A DNA stretch of 64,000 nucleotides. Source: Sphingobacteriia bacterium. GTDB lineage: Bacteria > Bacteroidota > Bacteroidia > NS11-12g > UBA9320. The stretch covers positions 1,514-65,513 of the forward strand of contig VMDK01000027.1 of NCBI GenBank assembly GCA_008080835.1, written 5' to 3'. Positions 28,861-38,455 of this stretch are shown piece by piece (within the stretch, counting starts at the first letter, position 1; each line of letters begins with the position of its first letter). The notes below the pieces were generated by a model, which was not told the origin of the DNA, ran no database searches, and saw nothing but the letters and a program-made list of their open reading frames with translations. The translations under genes were made by a program, and so were the position numbers.

Positions 28861-30303
28861 TCAGTATTTGATGCAGACGTTCTTGGGTTCGGTAAAAAAG
28901 CGCATGGCCTCCCAACCTCCTTCTCTACCCACACCGGAATTCTTGACTCCTCCGAATGGTGTACGCAGATCTCGTACGAGCCAGCAATTGATCCAAACGA
29001 TGCCACTCTTGAGTTTGTCGGCTACTCGATGAGCTCTGGAGACATCCTGAGTCCAAACGGTCGCAGCCAAACCATATTCAGTACCATTGGCATATGCCAG
29101 TGCTTCCTCTTCCGTATCAAATGGTTGAAGTGTGACAACGGGTCCGAAAATCTCCTCCTGATTGGTCCTGCATTTTTCATCCAGCCCTTCTATGACGGTA
29201 GGTCGGATAAAATATCCTTCCGAGAGGTCACCTTCCATCTGTTCGGCATGGCCTCCGGTAAGCACCGTTCCTCCTTCTTCCTGAGCCAATTTGACATAAC
29301 CCAGGATCTTCTCGAAATGAGGCTTACTCACAACCGCACCCATTTTGGTCCCTTCTGCCAGAGGATCGCCAACCTTCATTGCCGCTACCTTCTCTACAAA
29401 GGTGTCGCGGAATTTTTCATAGATCCCACGCTGAATATAGATGCGGGAACCACATAGGCATATCTGTCCCTGATTGGCAAATGACGATCGGAGACTGGTC
29501 TTAAGCGCTTCTTCGAAGTTGCAATCGTCGAAAATGATATTGGGGTTCTTGCCTCCAAGTTCCAACGAAAGTTTCTTGAATTTGGGTGCTGCTGTTCGGG
29601 CAATATGTTCACCGGTGGTTGTTCCTCCGGTAAATGAGATCATCTTCACATCGGGGTGCTCGACGATAGCGTTACCGGCAGATCCTCCCAGACCATGAAC
29701 TATGTTCAATACTCCGGCCGGTAATCCGGCTTCAATACAGAGTTCTGAAAGCAAATAAGCGGTCATTGGTGTAACCTCACTGGGTTTAGCCACTACGGTA
29801 TTACCCGCTGCAAGAGCCGGGGCGATCTTCCAGGAGAACAAATACAACGGCAAATTCCAGGGAGAAATACATCCTGCTACACCGATCGCCTTGCGCGTGG
29901 TATAATTGATCACATGATCTGAAGTGCGATGGCTCTCCGACGCAAAATGTCTGAGTCCTGTTGCGAAAAACGAGAAGTTATCCCGAGCCCGAGGGATGTC
30001 CACGGTACGAGCTAATTTCAAAGGTTTTCCATTGTCCCGACTCTCTGCTTCTGCCAGTCGTTCCAGATTTTGATCGATCAGCTCAGACAATCGAAGAAGT
30101 ATGGCACTGCGTTCATCCAGAGAGGTCTCACTCCAAGATGGAAATGCCTCTTTGGCCGCTTCCACAGCTCGCTTGACATCCTCTTCTCCCGAATCAGGGA
30201 TCAATGAGTATACTTTGCCTTTAGCGGGCTCGTAGTTGTCGATATACCCGCCTTTTGCAGGTGCAACCAATTCTCCATTGATGTAATTCCGGATCTCGAT
30301 CAT
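28861..30303 (-). CDS. NAD(P)-dependent aldehyde dehydrogenase
   Basis: 480 aa. ALDH motifs (FTGGTTTG, ELGGKNP, catalytic Cys region GQICLCGSR). Confidence 0.85.
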   Translation of the reverse strand: MIEIRNYINGELVAPAKGGYIDNYEPAKGKVYSLIPDSGEEDVKRAVEAAKEAFPSWSETSLDERSAILLRLSELIDQNLERLAEAESRDNGKPLKLARTVDIPRARDNFSFFATGLRHFASESHRTSDHVINYTTRKAIGVAGCISPWNLPLYLFSWKIAPALAAGNTVVAKPSEVTPMTAYLLSELCIEAGLPAGVLNIVHGLGGSAGNAIVEHPDVKMISFTGGTTTGEHIARTAAPKFKKLSLELGGKNPNIIFDDCNFEEALKTSLRSSFANQGQICLCGSRIYIQRGIYEKFRDTFVEKVAAMKVGDPLAEGTKMGAVVSKPHFEKILGYVKLAQEEGGTVLTGGHAEQMEGDLSEGYFIRPTVIEGLDEKCRTNQEEIFGPVVTLQPFDTEEEALAYANGTEYGLAATVWTQDVSRAHRVADKLKSGIVWINCWLVRDLRTPFGGVKNSGVGREGGWEAMRFFTEPKNVCIKY

Positions 30304-30339
30304 ATCTCAAAATTAGGCAAACAGATACGTTTGCGTTGA

Positions 30340-31869
30340 TTACAGATTTTTCAGAAGTTCTTTCATCGACACTTCAATGGAAACAATAGTGCTCAGCTCT
30401 TCGATCTTCACGCGCTTCTGCTCCATGGAGTCGCGGAATCGAACGGTTACGTCGTTGTTCTCCAAACTCTCATGGTCCACCGTGATGCACACCGGAGTAC
30501 CAATTGCATCTTGCCGTCTGTAGCGCTTTCCGATGCTATCCTTCTCTTCATAATAGCAGCTGAAATCGAACTTGAGGTCGTCCATGATCTTTCTGGCCAT
30601 TTCCGGCAGACCATCCTTTTTAACCAATGGCAGGATCGCACATTGGAATGGTGCCAGTGCCGGTGGCAAACTCAAGACGGTTCTTGTTCCTCCTTCTACT
30701 TCTTCTGTTTTCAGCGAGTTACTCAACAGAACGAGGAACATTCGATCCAGACCGATGGAAGTTTCAACTACATAAGGGACATAGCTTTCGTTACGCTCAG
30801 AATCAAAGTACTGGATCTTTTTACCTGTACTTTCCTGATGCTGACCCAGATCGAAATCGGTTCGTGAGTGTATACCCTCTACTTCTTTGAACCCGAATGG
30901 AAATTCATATTCTATATCAACAGCAGCATTGGCATAGTGAGCCAATTTGGTGTGGTCGTGATATCGGTAGCGTTCCGGGTCAATACCCAGGTTCAAATGC
31001 CACTGGAGCCGTTGTGCTTTCCAATGCTCGTACCATTTCATCTCATCACCGGGAGCTACGAAGAATTGCATCTCCATTTGCTCGAATTCCTTCATTCGCA
31101 TGATGAATTGGCGAGCTACGATCTCGTTTCGGAATGCCTTACCTGTTTGTGCGATCCCAAAGGGCAATCGCATGCGGCCGGTCTTCTGTACGTTCAGGTA
31201 ATTCACGAAGATCCCCTGAGCAGTCTCCGGTCTGAGGTAGATCTCCGATTCTCCGTCCGTAGCACTCATTTGAGTGCTGTACATCAGGTTGAATTGACGA
31301 ACTTCCGTCCAATTCTTTGATCCGGAGATCGGACAAGCGATCCCTTCGTCGATGATCAACTGACGGATCCGCTCCAGGTCGTTTTGTTCCAATCCCTCGC
31401 GCATCTCGTTGGAGATGTGATCGATCTTGTTCTGGTTGCGCAGCACATTCGGATTCGTGGCCAGGAATTGATCCAGGTCAAAGTCGTCACCGAAGCGCTT
31501 GGAGGCTTTGGCGATCTCCTTCTGGATCTTCTTGCGATATTTCTCCTGATGCTCTTCGAGCAGCACATCCGCACGGTAGCGCTTCTTGCTGTCCTTATTG
31601 TCGATCATCGGATCATTGAAACCGTCGACGTGTCCACTTGTTTTCCATACACTAGGCGACATAAAAATGGCGGCGTCCAACCCAACAATGTTCTCGTTGA
31701 GTTGCACCATGCTCTTCCACCAATAGTCACGGATGTTCTTTTTCAGTTCGACCCCATTCTGGCCGTAATCGTAAACGGCTGCCAAGCCGTCATAGATCTC
31801 GCTGCTGGGGAAGACGAACCCATACTCCTTAGCATGGGCGATCACGTGTTTAAAATGTTCCTCTGACAT
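30340..31869 (-). CDS. glyQS: Glycine-tRNA ligase (dimeric class II type)
   Basis: The ATG at 31869 gives MSEEHFKHVIAHAKEYGFVFPSSEIYDGL. Class-II core (FRNEI...) and a C-terminal anticodon-binding domain. 509 aa. Confidence 0.9.
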   Translation of the reverse strand: MSEEHFKHVIAHAKEYGFVFPSSEIYDGLAAVYDYGQNGVELKKNIRDYWWKSMVQLNENIVGLDAAIFMSPSVWKTSGHVDGFNDPMIDNKDSKKRYRADVLLEEHQEKYRKKIQKEIAKASKRFGDDFDLDQFLATNPNVLRNQNKIDHISNEMREGLEQNDLERIRQLIIDEGIACPISGSKNWTEVRQFNLMYSTQMSATDGESEIYLRPETAQGIFVNYLNVQKTGRMRLPFGIAQTGKAFRNEIVARQFIMRMKEFEQMEMQFFVAPGDEMKWYEHWKAQRLQWHLNLGIDPERYRYHDHTKLAHYANAAVDIEYEFPFGFKEVEGIHSRTDFDLGQHQESTGKKIQYFDSERNESYVPYVVETSIGLDRMFLVLLSNSLKTEEVEGGTRTVLSLPPALAPFQCAILPLVKKDGLPEMARKIMDDLKFDFSCYYEEKDSIGKRYRRQDAIGTPVCITVDHESLENNDVTVRFRDSMEQKRVKIEELSTIVSIEVSMKELLKNL

Positions 31870-32259
31870 GGATGTGCTTTTGAGCGCGCAAAGATAGCTA
31901 TGAAGAATAGAAGTGTATAGTGTGAGTGAAGAGTGTTTGCACGCCATTGAATGAAGGGAACAGGAAGTTGAACCACAAAGACACGGAGAACACAGAGAAG
32001 TGTACTTTTAAACTCGCCCCTGTCGATATTGCTGGAGATGAACAGTGTAAGGGTAGAGTGTAAGGGAATAGGGAGCAATTCCCTTGGGTACAGTTGGCAG
32101 AACAGTTGAGGCGTTCGGGTGCGACTTGCTTTGCCTGTTGTTCGTCCTTCCACTAGGCCAGTCTTTAGCGAAAGAATTTAACGCAGACTACGTCATCATT
32201 ATGAGCCGATTAGTGTGCTTACCCGCCTTTGGTGGGAGTGAACAGTGTGCTTAAGTGAA

Positions 32260-34182
32260 TTACTCTGGCTGTTCTTCTTTCTTGGCTTGGTTCTGAGCCC
32301 GCACTTCGGCTGCTTTCTGGAAATAGATCTGTGCCTGAGCCGGCTGTCTTAAATTGCCATAGCCTCTTGCGATGTTCTCATACACTTGAGGATTATTCGG
32401 AGCGATCTCACTCAAACGCAGAAAGTAATCAATAGACTTCTGATATTGTCCCTGAACCCCATAAGCCACTCCCATCAATCGCAACAATTCCGGGTTATTG
32501 GGTTCGATCTGTTCGGCTTTCCCGAGATAATCCATGGCAACGTTCACATCACCCGTCTCACCTATGGTCTTCGCTCCTGCCATATACGCTTTGACGAGAT
32601 TTGAATGAACTTTCTCAGGTGTACTGCTGAAGCGCTGATAGTTCAGGAAACTAGTGATCGCCTGGGGATATTCCTGCAGAATGTAATGGGCATTTCCTTG
32701 AAGGATATAAGCTGTTTTATACGCAGGATGGATCTTGATCGCTTTATCGACGTACTTCAGCCCTTTGCGCAGATTGGCTTCGTCGCAATTCTCGCCACCT
32801 TCCAAAATACACTTATCGATCAGACTCCCTCCGGCTGCCTGGTTCAACTTGGCGCTGTTGGTCATCGTGAGTACATCGGTTTGAAACAGACTGAAATCTG
32901 AAACCCAAACAGTGTTACGGCTCATGGTCTTCATTGCGAATAGTGCCAAAACAACTCCAAGAACTGCGATCCGCGTGGGCTGTTTCTTATCCTTTTTCCA
33001 GATCAAGCGTCCTACGGCAATACAAAACCCGAGCGAACCCATGAATGCAAATCGTTCGCCCATGTGCGTTCCTACCGGGAATAATATGTTACTGATCAGT
33101 ATCAATGAGACGATGAAGTAGGCGATGCCGAAGCTCAAAACCTTTCTGCTGCGATACCACTTGAAGAAAGCCCAGATCAATCCACCATATATGAGCAGAG
33201 AAACCAAGACTTCCCAACTTCCCATTTCGGGTATTCCTATCGCCCTGGGATAGTAGTCATGCGACAGCGGGTGCGGGATAACCAGCAATTTCACATAGTA
33301 TCCCAAACAGAAGATGATCGAGGCTACTCGCTCTCCGGGGGTCATCAGTACATACTTTCCGCCGGCAAATTTGACGAATGGGTTGTTCATCATCTCCATA
33401 TTGCCATAAACAGCTTCCCCGGTTCCCAGGATCGCGAAACGAATCGCCAGGTAAGGAAGCATCCCGACCAATAAAGGCCAGGTACTCTTGACAGAGTTGA
33501 AGAAATTCTGCTTGCCGAAAACGAAGAATATCAGAAAGGCTACAGGGACGAATGTTGCCGCCATTTCCTTGGCCATCATGGCGAGGAACATGACTGCTGC
33601 AGACAGCACCACGCTTTGCGTTTTATTATCCGAAAGCAGGAGATACAATGCCCAGGTCCCAAGCAGCATCGATAAGATCTCATCCCGTCCCTTGATATTG
33701 GCAACAACTTCGGTATGAATAGGATGGAATGCAAAAAGTAAGGTGATCACCAGCGGTAAAAGGCCCGGTTTTCGACCATGTTTCAGAAACAATCGTTCCA
33801 AAAACAAGAAGATGAGCACACATAACAAACTGAAACACAGAATATTGATCAAATGTCCGCCAAATGGATTGTCACCAAATATTTCGTACTCAATAGCGAA
33901 CATGGCCAGACTGAGCGGACGATAACGACCACCGCTGACCAGTTTATCCTTGCCTTCTACTTTGAAAAATCCCCTGAAGGTGTCGTATTTGAACAACTCC
34001 GGCAACCCTTTGATCCCCTTTTTTGTGAAATCGTTTTGCGTGATCACAATAGCATCATCGATGGTATAACCATGATTGAGCGTATTGCCATAGAGGAGAA
34101 TAGAAGTAATGGCTACAATCAGGATCTGGTGCATCCTCGAAAGGTTGTTCCACCACAAGTTCGGCGCGGTCGCTCTTGACAT
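32260..34182 (-). CDS. Polytopic membrane protein with C-terminal TPR repeats, TMTC/PMT-like GT-C-fold glycosyltransferase family (DUF1736-like)
   Basis: 640 aa. About 10 predicted TM helices. Conserved acidic DD after TM1 (YTIDDAIVITQND). C-terminal third made of TPR repeats (AYILQGNAHYIL, LMGVAYGVQGQY, ENIARGYGNL). Confidence 0.5.
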   Translation of the reverse strand: MSRATAPNLWWNNLSRMHQILIVAITSILLYGNTLNHGYTIDDAIVITQNDFTKKGIKGLPELFKYDTFRGFFKVEGKDKLVSGGRYRPLSLAMFAIEYEIFGDNPFGGHLINILCFSLLCVLIFLFLERLFLKHGRKPGLLPLVITLLFAFHPIHTEVVANIKGRDEILSMLLGTWALYLLLSDNKTQSVVLSAAVMFLAMMAKEMAATFVPVAFLIFFVFGKQNFFNSVKSTWPLLVGMLPYLAIRFAILGTGEAVYGNMEMMNNPFVKFAGGKYVLMTPGERVASIIFCLGYYVKLLVIPHPLSHDYYPRAIGIPEMGSWEVLVSLLIYGGLIWAFFKWYRSRKVLSFGIAYFIVSLILISNILFPVGTHMGERFAFMGSLGFCIAVGRLIWKKDKKQPTRIAVLGVVLALFAMKTMSRNTVWVSDFSLFQTDVLTMTNSAKLNQAAGGSLIDKCILEGGENCDEANLRKGLKYVDKAIKIHPAYKTAYILQGNAHYILQEYPQAITSFLNYQRFSSTPEKVHSNLVKAYMAGAKTIGETGDVNVAMDYLGKAEQIEPNNPELLRLMGVAYGVQGQYQKSIDYFLRLSEIAPNNPQVYENIARGYGNLRQPAQAQIYFQKAAEVRAQNQAKKEEQPE

Positions 34183-34310
34183 AGCACAATTTTACGAATT
34201 CACGTGTAAACATCAGAGTTGAGAGGCAGGAATACTCTGAAAAAATATTAATTACACTTGATTTATTCTCAGATTGATTTATTACCTTCGCAGCCCTTAA
34301 AGCAAAAAGA

Positions 34311-34565
34311 ATGGCGAATCACAAAAGTGCATTGAAGAGGATCCGTAGCAACGAAGCCAAAAGAGAGTTGAACAAGTATCAACACAAAACCACTCGTACT
34401 TGGATCAAACGCGTTCGCGAAGCGGAAAATAAAACAGAAGCTGAAAAGCTTTTGCAAGAGACCTTTTCCAAAATGGACAAGCTTGCTAAGAAGAATATCA
34501 TTCACAAGAATAAAGTTGCTAACCTCAAGCGTAAGTTGCAGCTGAAAGTGAATGCGTTGGGATAA
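34311..34565 (+). CDS. rpsT: 30S ribosomal protein S20
   Basis: 84 aa. MANHKSALKRIRSNEAKRELNKYQHKT... is a typical S20. Confidence 0.9.
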   Translation: MANHKSALKRIRSNEAKRELNKYQHKTTRTWIKRVREAENKTEAEKLLQETFSKMDKLAKKNIIHKNKVANLKRKLQLKVNALG

Positions 34566-34595
34566 GCAATCATTGCGCTCAACATGATATTGAAA

Positions 34596-34623
34596 GCCTC
34601 CGGATTTCCGGGGGCTTTTTTTG
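34596..34623 (+). terminator. Rho-independent terminator downstream of rpsT
   Basis: gcctccgg-attt-ccgggggc stem-loop (8 bp including one G-U pair) followed by T8 at 34616-34623. Confidence 0.6.
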
Positions 34624-34638
34624 TGTTCTTTCGGATGC

Positions 34639-35319
34639 ATGAAAGCCAGAGATGTGCTTTTGGCGGAAGAAGGACCTCGCGAGAAGATCACGCGCAACGG
34701 GATAGACAGCCTGTCCGATCCTGAATTGATCGCCTTGATACTCTCCACCGGCCACGGTGAAGCCAATGCTATCTCCATCGCTCGTGCGATGTATGTCGAG
34801 TACGAAGGTGACCTGCACCAACTTGCACGTGCTACAGTTGACGAGCTTATGAGTATCCGTGGAGTTGGTCGTGCCAAAGCTTCGAGAGTAGCCGCTGTGT
34901 TCGAATTGAGCAGAAGAAGGGAGCGAGCTCAGCTGGGAAAGAAAGTGCGGATCTCAGGAAGCAGCGACGTGTATCGATTGATGGAAGCTGTCCTGAAGGA
35001 CAAATCCTACGAGGAATTCTGGATGCTCGTGCTGAATCGCTCCAACTGCGTAGTGAGACAGATCCGTATCAGTGAAGGGAGCATACACGGGACAGTAGCA
35101 GACCCCAAGAAGATCTTCAAACTGGCACTGCAGCACAAAGCATCTGCATTGATCTTTCTTCACAATCATCCCAGCGGACAAATCGAACCGAGTCAAGCCG
35201 ATCGTTCGCTCACCGAGAAGCTCAAAGCTGCAGGGGGCATACTCGACATCGCATTTCTCGATCACGTGATCATTACTCAAGGAGGATACTATAGTTTTGC
35301 TGATGAAGGAGATATGTAA
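34639..35319 (+). CDS. radC: RadC-family JAB/MPN-domain protein
   Basis: The ATG at 34639 gives MKARDVLLAEEGPREKI. HhH region (LMSIRGVGRAKA) and JAMM motif HNHPSG. The upstream TTG at 34621 would overlap the rpsT terminator. Confidence 0.8.
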   Translation: MKARDVLLAEEGPREKITRNGIDSLSDPELIALILSTGHGEANAISIARAMYVEYEGDLHQLARATVDELMSIRGVGRAKASRVAAVFELSRRRERAQLGKKVRISGSSDVYRLMEAVLKDKSYEEFWMLVLNRSNCVVRQIRISEGSIHGTVADPKKIFKLALQHKASALIFLHNHPSGQIEPSQADRSLTEKLKAAGGILDIAFLDHVIITQGGYYSFADEGDM

Positions 35320-36675
35320 GTGAGACTGAGTAACCGATCAATATGGACCATCATCATTGTCATAGCAGTTGCTATGAGATGCTTTGTGACGCTTTGGAGT
35401 TATCAGGCCAATGACGACCATAGTGAACCGGTGCTCCTTTACATGGAAACGGGCATCTATCCGCACGCAGACTCGTGCTGGGAGTGTTTTCAGCCTCCGT
35501 TATTTTATAAATTTCATGCAACACTGGCACGTGCCACAGGATCGGTGGATGCCTATGATGTGCACCGACAAATGCAGTGGGTGAATCTGTTGTTCTCACT
35601 GCTCTGGGTGTGGGTGTTCCTTTCCTTTGTGCGAAAGATCCCTCTGAAAACGAATGTCGCAATGGTCACTTCGTGCTTTGTATTGTGGAATCCACGACTT
35701 GCCTCTTTGAGCGTACAGGCCACGAACGATTCCATAGTGATCCTACTTGGCGCTGCATTCACTTTGTTCGCATGGCTATGGCTGAACCACGGACAACACA
35801 AGTATGCTGCCCTGTTCATTCTTTCGGCAGGTGTAGCGTCCATACTTAAGGGTAACGGGATCGTACTTATCCTTACAGCTGTTCCGATCTTATTGCTTGC
35901 GATTGGCATGCACCCGGGGAAGAGCATTTTGAAACTATCCGCCCTACTCCTTTTTGTCGGGATTGGTTCGGCCTTGCTGGGAGGGTATTATTCCAAGTAC
36001 GAGCAGTTCGGTACGCCTTTTCACATCAATCAGGAAAAGGCTGAACCACCACCCTTTTCCCAAGATCAGGAGTGGTTCGGAAAACGAGCTGGTATTCGAT
36101 CGATCCGCTCGGGTTATCTGACGTTCCCCTTCCGTGCATTACTTGATACACCTTACCAGATCAATGACGAACCGGAATTCCCGGTACATCGAACCAATTT
36201 CTGGACGTTGCTCTATGGGAATTTTTACCGGGTCCAGTTTCACAACCATCCAGGCTCCTGGCGGGTGTTAGAAGCATCATGGTCACACGATCTGGCTCGA
36301 GTGATTTTTGTTCTCGGTCTATTGCCGACCCTGTTGTTGATCTGGGGCTTTGTGATGAGTTTGGTGCAGGTCCTGCGAAGGAAAGAGGGTTGGCGCGAGC
36401 ATGCTCTTCATTTGCTGCTGGCTGGTGTGTTCCTGGTATTCGTGTTGAAATACAGCTATGATTACCGGGACTTTGGGAATATCAAACCGCTGTTCCTGTT
36501 CCCTGCCATGCTCTCCTACTTTTTCCTGTTCGCCAAGTGCGTAGATACCATAGCGCAAAAAAGGGAACGAAGAGCTAATTGGCTCCTCATCCCCATAGCA
36601 GTGATCAGTTCCCTTTTCATCGCGGATCATATCGCACTATTGATCCAGCTTCATGAGCATTACTTCCGGTTTTGA
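35320..36675 (+). CDS. Polytopic integral membrane protein, possible GT-C-fold glycosyltransferase (ArnT/PMT-like topology)
   Basis: 451 aa, about 11 TM helices. Acidic NDDHSEP loop after TM1. GTG start immediately after the radC stop. No recognisable named family by eye. Confidence 0.4.
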   Translation: MRLSNRSIWTIIIVIAVAMRCFVTLWSYQANDDHSEPVLLYMETGIYPHADSCWECFQPPLFYKFHATLARATGSVDAYDVHRQMQWVNLLFSLLWVWVFLSFVRKIPLKTNVAMVTSCFVLWNPRLASLSVQATNDSIVILLGAAFTLFAWLWLNHGQHKYAALFILSAGVASILKGNGIVLILTAVPILLLAIGMHPGKSILKLSALLLFVGIGSALLGGYYSKYEQFGTPFHINQEKAEPPPFSQDQEWFGKRAGIRSIRSGYLTFPFRALLDTPYQINDEPEFPVHRTNFWTLLYGNFYRVQFHNHPGSWRVLEASWSHDLARVIFVLGLLPTLLLIWGFVMSLVQVLRRKEGWREHALHLLLAGVFLVFVLKYSYDYRDFGNIKPLFLFPAMLSYFFLFAKCVDTIAQKRERRANWLLIPIAVISSLFIADHIALLIQLHEHYFRF

Positions 36676-38355
36676 TCATATCCCTTGAAGCCTCTCGCCT
36701 TCGGGGTATTCGATCTCAAAGTCGAACACACGTCTCCATTTCGCTCGCCCTTTGACTTCCGTCTCCCAGGTCAGGATTCCGGTTCGCTCGTTCAGTTTGG
36801 CACCGTCCATTTCGTTCACGACCACATCGATATTTTGCTCAGCAGCTACCGGGATCTGATCTTCTACTACTAGCGTGATGTCCGAGCTATGAGTATTGCG
36901 TATCACGATCTCGTATTGCGCCTTGTATACTTTCTTGTTGCCGAGGAGTTTGTCTTTGATCGAACTCTTCAACTTCTTGCGTTCGCTTCGAACACGCTCG
37001 TCCCTTCCAAGTGAAACCTCCATCGTGTCCGATAAAATAGTAGGGTCAATGACGGTTGTTCCCACAAAGGTGTTCCCGAAGAAGACATTCGCTTGCCCGA
37101 CGAGCAGATCCATATCTCTCCAGTCGGTCAGATTTGCGATCACAAATGCGCTCTGCTCCATTTTCGGCACGATGTGATGCACATATTTGGTTTTGACCTT
37201 CTCTCTCTTGAGCACTACGAAGTGCGATTTGCCGTCAGAATGGATCTTATAAGGTAGGTCGATCTCGAATTCTACAGAGCTGAAGTTCTGCATCTTCTGA
37301 GTGTAGCCATCAGAGTAGTCTGCGATTTCTTCTTCGTCCTCAACGAATTCGACTTCCTTGGACTCCGCTGCTGCGATCTTATCCATGGTTTGAATGGCAG
37401 GGCGCTTCTTGTAGGCAGACATTTCTACACGTACTTGTCGGAAGAAACGGACATACCAAGTCGGCAACTTTGGCTTGATCTTGTTACGGTTCGGATTCGC
37501 ATTGGAGATCTTCAGTTTTACTCCCGACCAGTCTATCCCTGTATTCTGAACGATCCTTGCCTTGTAAACCAGGCTGAGATCTTCTGAGACGCTGCTGGCC
37601 ATCACATCATAGATCGGGCTCCACCGGGCATTTCGTGTGAAGAAGGACGTTTCTACTACCCCATACACTGCTGTCTCCGCGACGACATGAACCAATATCT
37701 GATGTTTCGGCCTTCCTGGAATTGGCTGCGGTTGATTCGATTGGTAATTCCTCAATTCGCGCAGTTCTACGTTCAGGGCATTGACCAGAATTCCTACATC
37801 ACTTTGCTCTTTGGTCAAATGGAATCGACGTCGAGCGATCTCATCGAGTTTCTGTTTGATGAAATGCGAGGCAGAAACGAGAAGGTCCAATGAATCCGGA
37901 TCTCCCTTCCCATTGATGAGCGGATGCTGTTGTATGAACTGCTCCTCTCTCTGCAGATAATTGAGCCTGCTTTGGATCAGATTCTGTCGCAGCCGGATAT
38001 TTCTAAGCGATTCCTCGATCCGTTCGATCTTGCTTTTGACGGAATTCGGAATCTCCACCGGTTTGACCGGCTCCGGATGAACGTAGCGATACTGGATGTC
38101 GGAAATGGTGAACTTACCGATCCCTGAAGCTTGCAGGCTATTGGGGTCGATGGAGTTCGCGAGATCGTCGAAAACAATGACCGACATTCCTTTTGGGATC
38201 TGAACGGATGCTTTTCGTTTGATCTGTGCTCCCTGGATGAACACTGTTACGCCAGTGATCTGCGAGGAGACGGTTTTCTCGTTTGTTTCTGCAAAGGCTG
38301 ATGCAGCCAACAGGATAAAGGAAAAAGTAATTCCAAGTGCTTTGATAAGTTTCAT
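36676..38355 (-). CDS. Secreted DUF4139-family protein (DUF4140 N-terminal domain; mucoidy-inhibitor MuiA-like)
   Basis: 559 aa. Signal peptide, N-terminal beta-rich domain, central coiled-coil (ERIEESLRNIRLRQNLIQSRLNYLQREEQ). Length and architecture are typical of Bacteroidetes DUF4139 proteins. The identification is recollected. Confidence 0.45.
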   Translation of the reverse strand: MKLIKALGITFSFILLAASAFAETNEKTVSSQITGVTVFIQGAQIKRKASVQIPKGMSVIVFDDLANSIDPNSLQASGIGKFTISDIQYRYVHPEPVKPVEIPNSVKSKIERIEESLRNIRLRQNLIQSRLNYLQREEQFIQQHPLINGKGDPDSLDLLVSASHFIKQKLDEIARRRFHLTKEQSDVGILVNALNVELRELRNYQSNQPQPIPGRPKHQILVHVVAETAVYGVVETSFFTRNARWSPIYDVMASSVSEDLSLVYKARIVQNTGIDWSGVKLKISNANPNRNKIKPKLPTWYVRFFRQVRVEMSAYKKRPAIQTMDKIAAAESKEVEFVEDEEEIADYSDGYTQKMQNFSSVEFEIDLPYKIHSDGKSHFVVLKREKVKTKYVHHIVPKMEQSAFVIANLTDWRDMDLLVGQANVFFGNTFVGTTVIDPTILSDTMEVSLGRDERVRSERKKLKSSIKDKLLGNKKVYKAQYEIVIRNTHSSDITLVVEDQIPVAAEQNIDVVVNEMDGAKLNERTGILTWETEVKGRAKWRRVFDFEIEYPEGERLQGI

Positions 38356-38455
38356 AGTGCGATGTTGTTTCGCACTCTATGCCTTTCAAAGCATCACAGG
38401 TAAAGGAGATACTACATCTCCTTTCACCACCGTCCGGTTTTGATTTATCAGCGGA

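Noticed and set aside
31842-32153. 103-aa minus-strand ORF in the long glyQS upstream region
   Set aside because: Low-complexity, no signal or motif, driven by the repeat sequence. The region is treated as non-coding.
34621-34638. TTG start for radC at 34621
   Set aside because: It would overlap the rpsT terminator T-tract. The ATG at 34639 gives a conventional RadC N-terminus.
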